Assembly: GCA_951406725.2 (NCBI GenBank)
Contig: OX597820.1
Coordinates: 61,566,001 to 61,630,000, forward strand
Direction of reading: 5' to 3'
Source of the DNA: Octopus vulgaris
Lineage: Eukaryota
Length of the DNA: 64,000 nucleotides
The notes beneath the pieces were generated by a model. It worked only from the letters and a program-made list of their open reading frames with translations. It was not told the origin of the DNA and searched no databases. Numbering within the stretch: the first letter of the stretch is position 1; each line of letters begins with the position of its first letter. Shown here piece by piece: positions 47,863-62,000 of this stretch. The translations under genes were made by a program, and so were the position numbers.

Positions 47863-49084
47863 TTGTCAAATGATAATACAGCTTTCTGAGTAGAGTGATA
47901 TTTACACGGCTCCACAACCATGATACAAATAGATGATTATACCATCTAAATGGACATTAAGATATTTGTAAGTAACACGGAATTTGAATGAAACCATTTT
48001 GAATAATATATATATTATGGCTTAGTGGTTAGGGAGTTACACTCACGTTCGCTAGATCGTGGTTTCAATTCTTAGACCGTGTGTTGTGTTGTCGAGCATA
48101 ACACTTCATCTCACGTTGCTCTGCGATCACTTCGACACCTGACCTGACATGTGGCACACCGTGCATCTGTTCAGATAATGTCAATTTGATGGAGAGAGTG
48201 AGTTAATGTGCAGTATGAATATTTCATCACTAAAAACGAACCATTTGTGCAGGTCGTTCGGCAAAAGCTGAACGACGGGAGAGTTCATTATATATATCAA
48301 CAAAAATCAAACCTACACTGGACTTTACCTAAAACTTAAGTCCTACTATTCATTTTACATTAAAAATGATACAGTAAAATGCCTGTAATACATTGCTAAA
48401 ACCACTGCTACAGTATTTATACATACACAAGAAGATATTTCGGGAAAAAATAGGTACGTATCACAATATGTAATATTCACAATTATAAGATCAATATAAG
48501 ACTATACTCCATTATGAGACTGTCTTATTGTTGAAAGGCTGTCTGAGAAGGTATAAAAGTATCTGTGCTTGATATAATATCAAAACAATTGCCTGGAGTG
48601 TCACTTGTTTAACTGAAGGGAAAGAACTGAACATCTCATGCATTCGAAGTAAGCCTTGCTAAACAGAAATAATACTGTTCTTAAAGATTAAATTCACAAA
48701 TTATCGAAAAGTCCTATTCAGGGTCAGTGATGGAAATGGACGGGGATATGCTTGATGACGGTGTTTCCCCAGTTTTTGGCTCCTTAGTGTAGTAGGAGTA
48801 AATTTCTTATAGCGTCTACCTCTCCTTTCCAACCTTAGTTTCATAGACCTTAACGTACCCGTAAAACCAATTACGACTACGTCTCATAGTCACAACAAAA
48901 ATTATGAATTGCAAGTCATCATAGAAATTAAATGACGATGGAAGCTATGGAAAATCAAGGTTGTAGTTCATATAGTGTTAACTGAGAACTCAAACTAGTA
49001 ATGTTAGACTATAGAAAATAAAAGATGTAATATATATATATATACAATACTGAAAACTCAACCAGTAATGAAAGACTGGGATAT

Positions 49085-49475
49085 ACTCTTTTACTCTTTT
49101 ACTTGTTTCAGTCATTTGACTGCGGCCATGCTGGATCACCGCCTTTAGTCGAACAAATCGACCCCGGGACTTATTCTTTGTAAGCCCAGTACTTATTCTA
49201 TCGTTCTCTTTTGCCGAACCGCTAAGTGACGGGGACGTAAACACACCCGCATCAGTTGTCAAGCAATGCTAGGGGAACAAACACATACACTTATATATAT
49301 ATACATATATACGACAGGCTTCTTTCAGTTTCCGTCTACCAAATCCACTCACAAGGCATTGGTCAGCCCGGGCCTATAGCAGAAGACACTTGCCCAAGAT
49401 GCCACGCAGTGGGACTGAACCCGGAACCATGTGGCTGGTAAGCAAACTACTTACCACACAGCCACTCCTGCGCCT
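49085..49475 (-). mobile_element. SINE family A, CpG-intact copy
   Basis: Full-length reverse complement. Confidence 0.85.
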
Positions 49476-49637
49476 ATATATATCAAGTTCTACATATTTT
49501 CTCACACTAATTCATACGTAAGTATCAGCATAAAACCAGGTATACATAACCATTTTAGTAAATTATTCGGAGGAGACAAAGCAGCCAGAGACTGACAGGT
49601 AATATAATTCTTGAAGCAGGACGACACTGGTTTAAAC

Positions 49638-49952
49638 CAGCGGTTCTCAAACATTTTTATCTATGGACCCCTTTGATTACTGTTTTATTGTAGTGGACCT
49701 TCATAGCCATTCGATGCTTAAAACTAGTTTTATTGAAACTTCTTTCTAAATTCTTATTTCGTTTTTCACATATTAACTTGTGTAGGTTGAACTACATAAA
49801 ATGTTAGAGAAGCTTAGCTGTTTCTTACAATACAAATATCTTTTTCAGAGGCCCTTGAAATATTATCGTAGATCATCAAATTACGTGCTCCCTCCCCTTC
49901 AAATCTCACATGGACCTTCAAGGGCCACATGGACTCCAGTTGAGAAACACTG
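49638..49952. mobile_element. hAT (Charlie-like) MITE
   Basis: TIRs CAGCGGTTCTCAA / TTGAGAAACACTG; exact 8-bp TSD GTTTAAAC at 49630-49637 and 49953-49960. Confidence 0.9.
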
Positions 49953-50466
49953 GTTTAAACCTTTTGTATTCTATGAGAACCGCAAAAAAAAAACACAAAA
50001 AACCTGCTGATTTTGAATATAAATTCAGCTGTCAGTAAATCAAGGGAGACAACTCATCATATGCATGGGAAATAACTCTTCCAAATAATATCAGGTTGTC
50101 TTTTCCTGTCTTCGGAATTATGAAATTCCTAGACCGACTTCACATATTTTATTGGTGTTACGAATCACGCTCACACGCACATACGCACATACATACGCAC
50201 GCACATGCGCACACACATACGCATGCACATACGCACGTACGCATACATGTATATATCGTCAAAAACTGGAGAAAAGAACATCAATGGCGATAAGTACTTA
50301 CATCTAAGCTCTAGGTTTTCGTTGGTACTTCGAAGTTACTGATATCCACTCTTGTAAAAGTATAATGTGTGTTAGTGTCTTTGTGTGTATATGTACATGT
50401 AACAATAAAATAAATAATATCTAATATTTTTGTATACATGCATACATACATACATACATACATACA

Positions 50467-50497
<31 letters not shown>

Positions 50498-50567
50498 TCA
50501 CACACACAAGCAAAACCAGTTGCTTACATACATTTGTTGATGCTTAGAAAAATACTATAAATGTATG

Positions 50568-50598
<31 letters not shown>

Positions 50599-50843
50599 GT
50601 ATTACTCATTATTTGAGTTTACTTTCTCCTGTTTGCACTAACAAATGTATTTACACATACACACACACACACACACACATGCACACGCGCACACACACAT
50701 GCGCGCGCACACACACATGCGCGCGCACACACACATGCGCGCGCACACACACATGCGCGCGCACACACACGCGCTCTTACATGTATTCACAAATATACAC
50801 ACGCGCACACACAATTATTTATATACATATATACACACATATA

Positions 50844-52150
50844 CGAGGTGGTATTAAAAAGTACCTGGAGTAGTTCTGAGGTGCACCAGCAGATGGCAGC
50901 ATACGGTTGCGTGCACAGTGAGAACTAGCAGTGACTTTCATTAGACAGTGTACCGAGTGACATTGCTGTGTTTACTTCACAAATTGCGAAATTTGTGTCT
51001 TTATGGTCAGGTGTATGCTGTAGCCTGCGTTTTGACATGGACAGGAAGTTGGAACAAAGAACAAACGCGAAATTTTTGCGTTAAACTTGGAAAGTCTGCT
51101 ACAGAGACAATGAGCATGCTTCGGCAAGCTTACGGCGAACGAGTCAATGGGTTGTACGCAATGTTTCGAGTAGTAGGGGCTCTTCAAAAAAAGAAGAACG
51201 TCTCTGGAAGGCGATGGGCGATCTGGAAGACCTGCGACGAGCGTCACCCCCGGGAATATGGAGAAAATCATCAGCTTCTGCATGAGGGTCGTTGGAAGAT
51301 AATCAACGACATTGCTGATGTTGTTGGTCTGTCGTATGGGTCCGTGCAGGCAATCCTAATGTCTGAATTGAACATGCGGCGAATCTTTGCTAAGTTTGTC
51401 CTCTGCTTGCAGAACACTGAGCGGAAAGATCATCGAGTCGAAGTCAGTCAAGATCTCCGTCAGAGTGCCGCTGGTGACCCATCCTTCATGTCGAGGATTA
51501 TCACCGGTGACGAGAGTTGGGTCTATGAGTACGACCTTAAGACGAAGCAGCAGTCGTCCCAATAGAAGAAACCTTCATTTCCACGACCAAAGAAGGTACG
51601 ACAGAGCCACAACTTACTCAAGAGCATGCTCATTGTTTTTTGACATCTGCAGAGTTCGTCCCACCAGGTCCAGACTGTCAATCGAGAGTTCTACTGTGAC
51701 GTTTTGAAGAGTTTGAAGGAGGACGTTCGGTGAAAGCGACCGGATCTGTGGAGCGCGAAGAATCGGATTCTTCACAATGACAATGCACCCTGTCACCGAG
51801 CTCTCCTCACTCGTGAGTTTGTCGCCAAAAATAACGTGCTATCGCTTCCGCTCCCGCCCTATTCGTCAGATTTAGCACCGGCAGACTTCCATCTTTACCC
51901 CAAGATGAAAAGTCAGCTCAAAGGTCGCTGTTTTAATACTGTTGTCGAGATCCAGAACAAATCAAAGAAAGTCCTCGACTCGCTTACGGCAAACGACTCC
52001 CAGGCCGGATTCCAAAAAGTTGCAATACACCGGGACCGGTGTACTGCTGCCCGAGGGGACTATTTCGAAGGAGATGATGTTAGAACTTAGGTAAATACAT
52101 TATTTTCTTATTAAACATAACTGGTTCGGGAACCTTTTGATACCACGTCG
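50844..52150 (+). mobile_element. Full-length decayed mariner (Tc1/mariner) element with transposase pseudogene
   Basis: TA-CGAGGTGGTATTAAAAAGT left end and CCTTTTGATACCACGTCG-TA right end; ITGDESWVYEYD, HNDNAP and PPYSSDLAPADF motifs across shifted frames with stops. Confidence 0.93.
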
Positions 52151-52969
52151 TATATATATACATACACATATATATATATGCATACAGACATATACACATA
52201 CATCCATGCATACATACATACATTCATACATACATACATACATACATACATACATACATACATACATACATACATACATACATACATTATACATAAAGAA
52301 ACTTAGTGGTGGGAATATTTATAACTTACGTACATTAATTTATGCGTGGCTATGTGGTTAAATAGCTCGTCTTGCAACCATGTAGTTTCAGGTTCAGTCC
52401 CACTGCATGGCACTTTGGGAAAATGTTTTCTGATTTGGCTCAAGGTCGATCGATGCCTTGTGAATGGAAGCAGTAGACGGAAACTGTATAGAGCAAATCG
52501 TACACATGTAGACATACATGCATGCATGCATATATACGAGGACATTTGAATAGTAACCACGAGTGTAACGGGTAGAACTGTTTGCAAGTCTGACTTTGTG
52601 CGGACATCTGCAAATTATATTCATTTGGACGGTCACACCGAAGATCTACGGACATCTTACGTAAGTAAAATTACGTAATATGAGGATAGTGAAACATGTA
52701 TGTGAATAATCCATATTTTATTACTTTTCTTTTGTCTTGCTCGATTACGTTTTGGTTGTTTTGCTAAATTTTTCTTGAGAACATTTTTTAGTGGAAAGAC
52801 CATAGCGGATCTATTTCTAGCATAAGGGTGTCCACATAGTGGTTTCCTTCTAATATATATATAATACAATTTTACTGATTCTTGAGTTTTTTTTATATGC
52901 TAGACCACTGTTGTGAAATCGATGTTAAATAAATTAATATCTAATTTCTCACCCTCATTTTAAATTTAA

Positions 52970-53059
<90 letters not shown>

Positions 53060-55132
53060 GCTATGTGTGTATGCATATATATATATGTGTGTATTTGTCT
53101 GTATGTGTACGTGTTTGTATTTGTCTTTAGTATCACCTGAAAACCGATGCTGGTTTGCTTATGTTCTTGTAACCTAGCGGTTCGGTAAAAGATACCAGTT
53201 GAATACATAACTGACTTAAATAGTGGGGTGAATTTATTCAACCGAGTTCTTTAAAATGGAGCTCCATTATATCTGAATGGAAGTTCGGTTCAGTTGCTTG
53301 ATTGGACATTTCAAAGTGTTTGGAAATATTTAGAAAACTCAGTGGGGTGTACGCAGTGTAGGTCATGTTTCTTGTCTAGCATGCATTGCAGGTGGGCGTC
53401 CTTTTGGAAATACTCTTGGAAGAAGTTGGGAATATGTTGCAAATCTCAAATTAATTCTTTCTTTTTATTGAAGAGTATTAAATTTTTAAAAATTAATAGT
53501 TTATTTAAGGGTTAAAAAATTGAGATGCAAAGACTCTGTGAAGCTGAGGTCGTAAAATTTTGACCTGTTCATGTGATGCTGGTGGTTTCTCTTTTGTTGC
53601 TATATTTCCAGATGTACTATGAAAGTTGTGCTTTTCAATTGACGATGATGTATCGATATGTCGTGCTGTTGAATGTAATTCTTGCTGAAGTACTCTATTG
53701 CCTAGTGACCTGTTATCAGACCTTATCAGATATTATTTCGGTATTCGATACTTTCTCTTGACATTTGACATTGTCGTATATTTCGGCAAAAGTATGTTGG
53801 ATCCTTTCATCATACATTTGTTTGCAATATTTTTTACATTGTACAATTCGATTAAGCTTCAACATACAAAACAATACATATACAAGTCTTGCAATGCGAA
53901 AAGTCAATTTGTAGACATAAACATTCAGATAGAAAATAGCAGCTACAATAATTTCTCGACTATCGCGGGTGTTATATTCCAAAAAACCCCGAGATAGGTG
54001 AAAATCCGCGAAATAGAAACAGTACTGTACTGTATTTGGTTAAAATTATTTTTATAAATTATATATATTATCTTATTATAAATGCAAAACAACACCACGG
54101 AGGAATCGATGTGAGCTTAAATAATAAACCGCGATGGGTGAACCACGATATGTGAACCGCGATATGGAGAGGGATTGCTGTATATCCCAACTGTTTCGAT
54201 AAAAGAGGCAAATAAATGCACTTACATTGATTCAGTGTATGTCTACACAGATACACAAGATCAGTGATAAAAGTTTACACATAGATCAAAGTTCTCCATT
54301 ACAAAGAATCGCTAGTTAAAAGAAATAAACTAAATAAAACGAACAGTTATCAACCATGGAGATTGTAACAAATAAACCAAGCCAGAGAACAGTACAGACA
54401 CAAATAAAAAGCAATAAATTCATCAGACACTGCATCTATGAAAGATATACAAGCCATACATAAGGTATATTATATGAACCAAATGCATAGAAAATATATG
54501 AACACAGTATCAAATATCTCTCATACAACAACACACAATATATTGCCTCAAACAATAAACTAACACTAACAATACACAACAGAACCATTAGAATAAAGAA
54601 AACATCTGTAAACCTTCAAATACGCTGCTAATGACCAATATGATTTACAAATTTGGCAACAAATTTGGAAATTGTAAACTTTATGACTCCAACTGTTATA
54701 TTGTCGATGCAAGTATGATACTTTTTGCCGGTCTACGACGTATTTACAATGATAAATTAAAAAATTAAAAAAATGAAAAATAAGAAATACCAGTTACATC
54801 TTCCTCGTTTCAAAGAATGAGAAAGAAATATAAATTAATCCGTCAATAATTCTTACAAATAAGGTCCAGTCGCAATGTACTACACCAAATAACACAAAGC
54901 AAAACTAGGCAAGAAAATACTGATTAACAGCACATATATTTTACTTAATAATCCATGAGAAATACAGACGATTAATGATACAATCAGTCCCCCCTAGTGC
55001 ATCACAACGCTAAAGTAAACACTCAGATAACATACACTAACCATAAACACTTCCTGACTATTGACGTAGAAAGCTAACGTCCATTAAATCAAATTCCTAT
55101 GGTAGCCCAACTTGCCGTAAGAAGTAACAATA

Positions 55133-56367
55133 TTAGGTTGGTAAAGAAGTTCTGTCACATTTTTGACATGATTCCTTTGAGAGTAATTTTTCATTTCTTA
55201 CGACGAAATTAAAATTAAGTTTTTCATTTCAATATCTTTTCTTTCTTTGCAGATTACTTTAAAACATAATGGTTAAATTCGTATCGATTTTACTCTTTCA
55301 AAACGAATTTAGATAAAATTCGCATTAGATACTGCACTGCATTCAAAAAGAACTCTTCCACAGTGGAAGCGGCAAAAAATGTTCGTTCTGTATATGGAAA
55401 TTAAGCTTTAAGTGTCCTGACGTGCTAACAATGGTTTGGCCACTTTCGCACGTGAAATTTTTCTCTCGTAGATTCTCCTCGATCAGGACGATCCAGTTCT
55501 GTCAATATTGCACTTCTAGAAACTGTAGTTGAAGAAAATCCAAAGCAAATTGCACGAGAATTACCAAAACAGTTCAATTCAAGTCAAACTTTGATCGTAA
55601 AACATATTTATGAACTAGCAAAAAATATCTAGACTTAGTCGGTGGATCCTTCATCATCTGGCTGCTTAGCTTAATCGAAGAACTGTCCGTTGCTCTTCAT
55701 CAAAAAGTAAAGCTGTTACCGAACCTTTCCTGGTGAAAAGTAATGGAAAGTGTGTTCGCCATAATCATATCCATCAAAAGTGACAATTGTCGGCACTCAA
55801 TGAAAAGTAGAATTCCTCCCCGAACCAGGACTATACTCGAAAAAAGTTGTGCTTCGTATTTGGTAGAATATGAAGGTTTTAGTCCATTATAAAGAGTTAA
55901 ACTAAAACGAAACAGTTTATGTGGAGACGTATTGTAGTTATTTGGGAGCTTTACACGAAAATTTATAGAAAAAGCGCCCATCATTGGTAAGTCGTAAAAG
56001 TTGCTGCTTTTACACGATAATACAGTACCACACGTTGTCCAAGTCACTCAGGCAAAGATTATAGTACTAAATATGGAAGTTTTACTTTATCCTCCCTACT
56101 CTCTTGACGTTACTCCATCTGACTATCATCTTTTCAGATCATTGCAATATCATTTAGAGGGAAAACAGCTTAATTGTGAAGAGGTTAAAAATGATACTGA
56201 ATGTTTCTTTGCTTTGAAACCTGAAGAATTTCATGTCCAATATTATTATCAACTTTCCAAATAGATGGGTTTATGTTAGAAATAATAGATTAAATATATC
56301 GATTGAGACCAAAGAAGCTTTGTTTGTTTCCCGTTTGAAATGTGACAGGACTTTCTCCCCAACCAAG
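55133..56367 (+). mobile_element. Second decayed mariner element from a different subfamily (TTAGGTTGG ends)
   Basis: Left TA-TTAGGTTGGTAAAGAAGTTCTGTCACATTT and right AAATGTGACAGGACTTTCTCCCCAACCAA; LLLHDN and PPYSLDVTPSDYHLFRSL; many stops. Confidence 0.88.
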
Positions 56368-57539
56368 TGGAAACCGTATAACAAATTTTCATACACCGAA
56401 TGGTATATGTCCGGTTTAAGGGAAAAAAGAAAATCCATTGCGTAACGCGATATTTATGTAAGGGAGAAAATTCGTCAAACGTTACGTCATTAAAGGAAAC
56501 TCAAATCACAATCTTCGCACTTTTCTAAGTAAAAGTTATGAAAATAGTAAAATTAGCAAAAGTTAACAGTAATTGCATTAAACCACTCTGAAATTCGATT
56601 TTATATTTACACAATTGAATATAATTATTAAGTTACAGATTAAGTCTTTCAAATGGTTTGATAGTGCTCTAAGAAAGGCGAGTTTGAGGGTCAGTGAAAT
56701 AATTTCATTACCACTATTAATTAAAGAGATTCCCTCTTGAGAAATAATATTGGCGTAGAGCGAAGTATGTGATAAATTGGAAGTGATGTTGAGATTTAGT
56801 ACTAAGTTAGCAATTGGTTAGTCTGATTCTGTAAGCTTAATTATTTTATGTGGAGATGTTCAACATCGAGCCAAATTACGAAATGAGACAATGTCTAACA
56901 CTTCTTTTCGAACAAAAGCACATTTATCATTACGTTCATTGCATTCAAGTAGCCCAGCTTCTTCGACCGATGCCTTGCTTTTCATTGTTTTCTTATGCGG
57001 ACAGGAATGAAGTAATTAGCCAAGAAGTTAGAGAGACCATAAGTGAAGAGCAGCATCCGGATACAAACAAAAACTCATTATGAAGAATAGGTGTTGAGAG
57101 CAGATAACTACTTAAATGAAGTACTTCAAAAAGAACATATTGTCAACTAAATTCTAGAAGTTTCTGTGACTTTTAAAGAGAGCAAGACTAATTCCTATAC
57201 TGCTTCATTGGTTCTCTCTCGTCTGGTTATAAGAGATGCTATGTGTCAGGTTAATGCTTCGTCTTTCTGTGAGTCAATTGTACATCCTTAAGCCAAAAAG
57301 CTTAAGGACCTGCACTAATTATAAACAGCAGTGCAGAGAGAATGTCTTCTTGAAATACACCCTTGTGATGTTTCATTATATCAATATATTCGAGTATATA
57401 ATTTGTTAACTGTAATTTGCGTATCATTCTTATCCTTTGGAACAAAATTTCAGTAAATAATCCTTCTTTTGTATCTGAAAAGTGTTTCATTTACATTATT
57501 TACATTTGACAGATATTTCTCCTCATATTGTTTGTTGTT

Positions 57540-57588
57540 AACACAACGTTTCGTCTGATATACCCTCCAGCCTTCATCAGGTGTCTTG
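57540..57588 (-). ncRNA. Minimal hammerhead-ribozyme-like motif (Penelope pLTR type)
   Basis: Minus strand reads GACAC CUGAUGA AGGCUG GAGGGUAUAU CAGAC GAAA CGUU GUGUU: both core boxes, stem I GACAC/GUGUU, stem II with one mismatch, palindromic AACGUU. Confidence 0.55.
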
Positions 57589-57649
57589 AGGAAATTTCGA
57601 ACCTGGGTTCTCATTCCTAATGTATTTTTCGATGTTATTATTATTATTG

Positions 57650-58200
57650 TAAAATTTTTTAGCAACATCGTGCCACATAGGGAGGTAGTACCATGACGAC
57701 ATTTTAGGACAGCTGCTAATCACATGCGTAATGTCTTCCACAGAAACATGACATAGCCTACAAATGCAGTTGCACCTTGGGATTACAAGAGCGTCACTGT
57801 GTCTCTTGTTCCCCAGGTACTTTGTGGAAAAGTCCTGTTCCGGGATTGCAAACGCATAGCACACAAAGTGTGGTCTTGTGTTCAAGAGAGACCGCGCTTC
57901 GTGTCAATTCTACTGTCTTCAAGATTCCGGGCAACATACCCATGCATTGTCTTTTTTTTTTTGTATGCTGAGTGCTTTCCATCTAGGTCTTCTCTGAGGT
58001 AAGATAGCCCAGCTGTTTTGGGGTTGTATAGGAGATCATCAGGAAGAGGCTGTTCCTTGAGGAGTTCACTGTCAACTTGTACAATGTTGCTCACTTCACT
58101 TTTCAGGACTTCAGTTATATATTTATTTTTGTTGCTGTTGTTTATCAGGTGCCGCCTGAGTGATACAATACGGCATTCGAAAGTCGTTTGCACTGATCTC
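57650..58200 (-). mobile_element. Fragment of an REL-type non-LTR retrotransposon (CCHC zinc-knuckle region)
   Basis: CRLCHVSVEDITHVISSCPKMS..YLPMWHD and MHGY motifs in broken frames. Confidence 0.75.
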
Positions 58201-58441
58201 ATGTATGTATGTATGTATGTATGTATGTATGTATGTATGTATGTATGTATGTATGTATGTATGTATGTATGTATGTATGTATGTATGTATATATAAGTAT
58301 GTACGTCTGTCTGTCTGTCTGTCTGTCTGTCTGTGTGTATGTATGTATGTACATACATATATATGTATGTACGTCTGTTTATCTATCTATATATCTGTCT
58401 GTGTGTATGTATGTACATACAAATATATATATGTATGTACG

Positions 58442-58513
<72 letters not shown>

Positions 58514-58589
58514 CCTGTCAGTCAGTCTGTCTGTCTGTCTGTCTGTCTGTCAGTATGTATGCATGCATGTATGTATGTATGTATGTATG

Positions 58590-58620
<31 letters not shown>

Positions 58621-58750
58621 GCATGTACGTACGTCTGTCTGTCTGTGTCTATCTATGTACATACATACATATATATGTATGTATGTACGTCTGTCTATCT
58701 GTCTGTTTGTCTGTTAGTATGTATGTATATATATATGCGTGTATGCATGC
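58201..58750. repeat. Compound microsatellite (ATGT)n/(GTCT)n/(ATCT)n
   Basis: Read directly from the sequence. Confidence 0.95.
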
Positions 58751-59080
58751 AGGCATGTAATATGTGTTGTCATATTGCTTACGTAAGCTGCTGGTGATAT
58801 GTAGTCCGGTACAACTGTTCTATGATCGGATTGTTTGAGACTAAATAGGCTCTCCTGCTTGGCTAGGAAGCTTGTTAACCCAGCAAGACAAAAAAAAAAA
58901 AAAGAAAAAGAAAAGAAAGAAAAAGAAAAAATAAGCATTACTTGGCAAAAGAGACGGATAAATCCAGCGAGGGGTCAACAACTATTTAGTTATCCTGTGG
59001 AATGGCAAACAAACGCTGGATGAACATCTGGGAACGACGAACCCCCTAGTTCTTGATAGAACATTTGTTTAGGAGAAGGA

Positions 59081-59332
59081 GTGGAGGCGCGTGGCTTAGT
59101 GGTTAGTGTGTCAGCATCATGATCGTAAGATTGTGGTGTTGATTCCTGGACCGTGCGACGCGTTGTGTTCTTGAGCAAAACACTTCATTTCACGTTGCTC
59201 CAGTCCACTCGGCTGGCAAAAATGAATAACGCTGCGATGGACTGGCATCACGTCCAGCTGGAGAACATATACGCCATTGAAACCGGGAAACCGGGCCCAT
59301 GAGCCTGGCTAGGCTTTAAAAGGGCGCATTTG
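59081..59332 (+). mobile_element. SINE family E; also at 22303-22546 (-)
   Basis: GGAGGCGCGTGGCTTAGTGGTTAG..GATTCCTGGACCG..GCCTGGCTAGGCTTTAAAAGGGCGCAT. Confidence 0.8.
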
Positions 59333-60489
59333 TTATTATTTTTTTTAGGAGAAGGATATTCTGATTTAAAGTCTGATGATCGTTCCAATTCTAGTCTTTC
59401 TTACTAGTGCTGGGCCAAATGAATGTCAGCTGTTTTGTCTGAAAAATGAGCGCTGTTCTGCGCACGCTTCTTTTACTATAATCAACTTCACACACAGAAA
59501 CATTTTGGAAAATACGCTTCAGATAAACAAGGTATTTTAGTGATAAGATCTGGAAGAGCAGATAGGGTTGACCAGCTGAATGTATTTAATTCAAACCTGC
59601 ATAAAGACGACATGGTAAGCTTTTTGATCAAGCAAAGTGATGAAGAGATTCGGCTGCAAGGCGAGTGACTGACCAGTCCTTTCCTGGAATAACACTATTC
59701 ACTCGTGATCCAAGTAGAACCTAAAATAAAAGGGAGCGGGGGGCTAATCACAGCTTGCCTAATTATTGAACTAGCCAGCAACCATGTCGCTGGCGACTGG
59801 TTTCTTTTTGTGGGTTTCCATAGCAACATTCAAGAAATTTACCGCTTTTTCAATGAGTAGTCATTCTCGGACACGAGTTGACTTCTTCTGTGTATGTATG
59901 TATGTATGTATGTATGTATGTATGTATGTATGTATGTATGTATGTATATGAGTGTGTGTGTGTGTGTATGTGTGAATGTCCACTCAGCTGGCAAAAATGA
60001 GTTGTACTTGTATTTCAAAGGGTCAGCCTTGTCACTCTCTGTGTCACGCTGATTATCCCCGAGAACTACGTTAAGGGTACACGTGTCTGTGGAATGCTCA
60101 GCCATTTGCACGTTAATTTCACGAGCAAGCTGTTCCGTTGATCGTATCAGCTGGGACCCTCGTCGTCGTAACCGGCGGAGTCTTCTTCTATGTGTGAATG
60201 TGTGTGTGTGCGTAAGTATGAATGAATATATGCATATGAACATGCTGGAGCATAGCAGATCCTCATAGTTTTTCAAAGTATACTTCTTAAACACTTTTGT
60301 ACATTGCTCAGACCTTTTTTCATAAAATCTTTGTTGAAGATAATTTATTGTGATTTCTGAACTCTTCTATGAATAGAAACTGTATGAATATATTACTTAT
60401 TAAGATGTTATACACATTAAAATATGAATATACATTATTTATAGATATATACGTTTGTAACACGCTGTACATTGGTAGTAATATACACA

Positions 60490-60513
60490 TGCCTGTATGT
60501 ATGTGTGCGTGTA

Positions 60514-60561
<48 letters not shown>

Positions 60562-60865
60562 TATATATATAAATATAATGATATCTATATATACATATAT
60601 CTTCTGTTTTACTATATGTATATGTATCACTCTTTTACACTTATTTAGATGGGTGTATGTGTGTGTGTTTGTGTGTATGTTTGTTTGTGTATGTGTGTAT
60701 AAACATATGCGCAAGTACTTCAGTGTATATGTAAACACACGTTTTCATCGCAGTGTTTGTGTGTGTGTGTGTGTATATATGTACACACACACACACATAC
60801 ACACATTCACATACATAGTACACAAACATACACATACACACACATATATAATGTATACGTATGTG

Positions 60866-60896
<31 letters not shown>

Positions 60897-60920
60897 CTCC
60901 CCTCCCCTCTCTCGTTATAT

Positions 60921-60977
<57 letters not shown>

Positions 60978-61284
60978 CTTACATATACACACTCACACAC
61001 TTGGACGCTTACACATTCAGACATAAATATTATTATTAATAGTAGTATATGGAGAATTATTATGTGGTCAACAAAACATTATGACAGTTTTGATGTTGTG
61101 TAACTAAATTGTTTGTTTTGTTTTTCACATTTTATTTATCTATTTATTTTGCTTTTATTTAACATCTCATATTTCGATGCGCTCCAATATTGTTTTATTA
61201 AAATCAACAAGTAGACAAATTCAGTTTTAATAAAAAAAATCCATGCACAAGTTATTATTTGAAATCACCGCAGCCGACCCCATC

Positions 61285-61352
<68 letters not shown>

Positions 61353-61527
61353 TCATCTCCATCAGCCGACACCTTTTTGACATTAAATATCTTGGAAATA
61401 TATTAAAAATGCTTTGCCTCAAGAAAATAAAAGAAAAAGAGGAAGAGATATAAGCAAAAATTCAATATTCACCTGAATTCCCTGTTCTAGTGAATGTGTG
61501 AATGTGCCCACCTGTTTCGACTTCATG

Positions 61528-61597
<70 letters not shown>

Positions 61598-61598
61598 C

Positions 61599-61685
<87 letters not shown>

Positions 61686-61868
61686 AAGCACACATCATGT
61701 ATGCGTGTGTGTGCGCGCGCGCATATCTGCGTATATATGCATACACATGCATACATGTAGACACATACACAGACTCACGTATATGCTTGAGTGTATATGT
61801 ATTCTTATAATTATGTATATATATGTAAGTAACTGTAAACATACATATATATAACATCACACGCAGCT

Positions 61869-61909
<41 letters not shown>

Positions 61910-62000
61910 TATATATATACATATACATACATACATACATACATACATACATACATACATACATACATACATACATGCATACATACATACATACATATCC
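60490..62000. repeat. Cluster of simple repeats (TA)n, (CA)n, (TATC)n and (CATA)n
   Basis: Read directly from the sequence. Confidence 0.9.

Noticed and set aside
50690-50770. 18-bp tandem GCGCGCACACACACACAT with Z-DNA potential
   Set aside because: A microsatellite derivative in intergenic DNA with no evidence of function.
50948-52090. Active or domesticated transposase
   Set aside because: Several frameshifts and stops (for example TAG at 51563-51565) and diverged TIRs.
58018-62000. Long ORFs such as [16 protein letters not shown] and HTHTHT
   Set aside because: They are translations of stop-free microsatellites.
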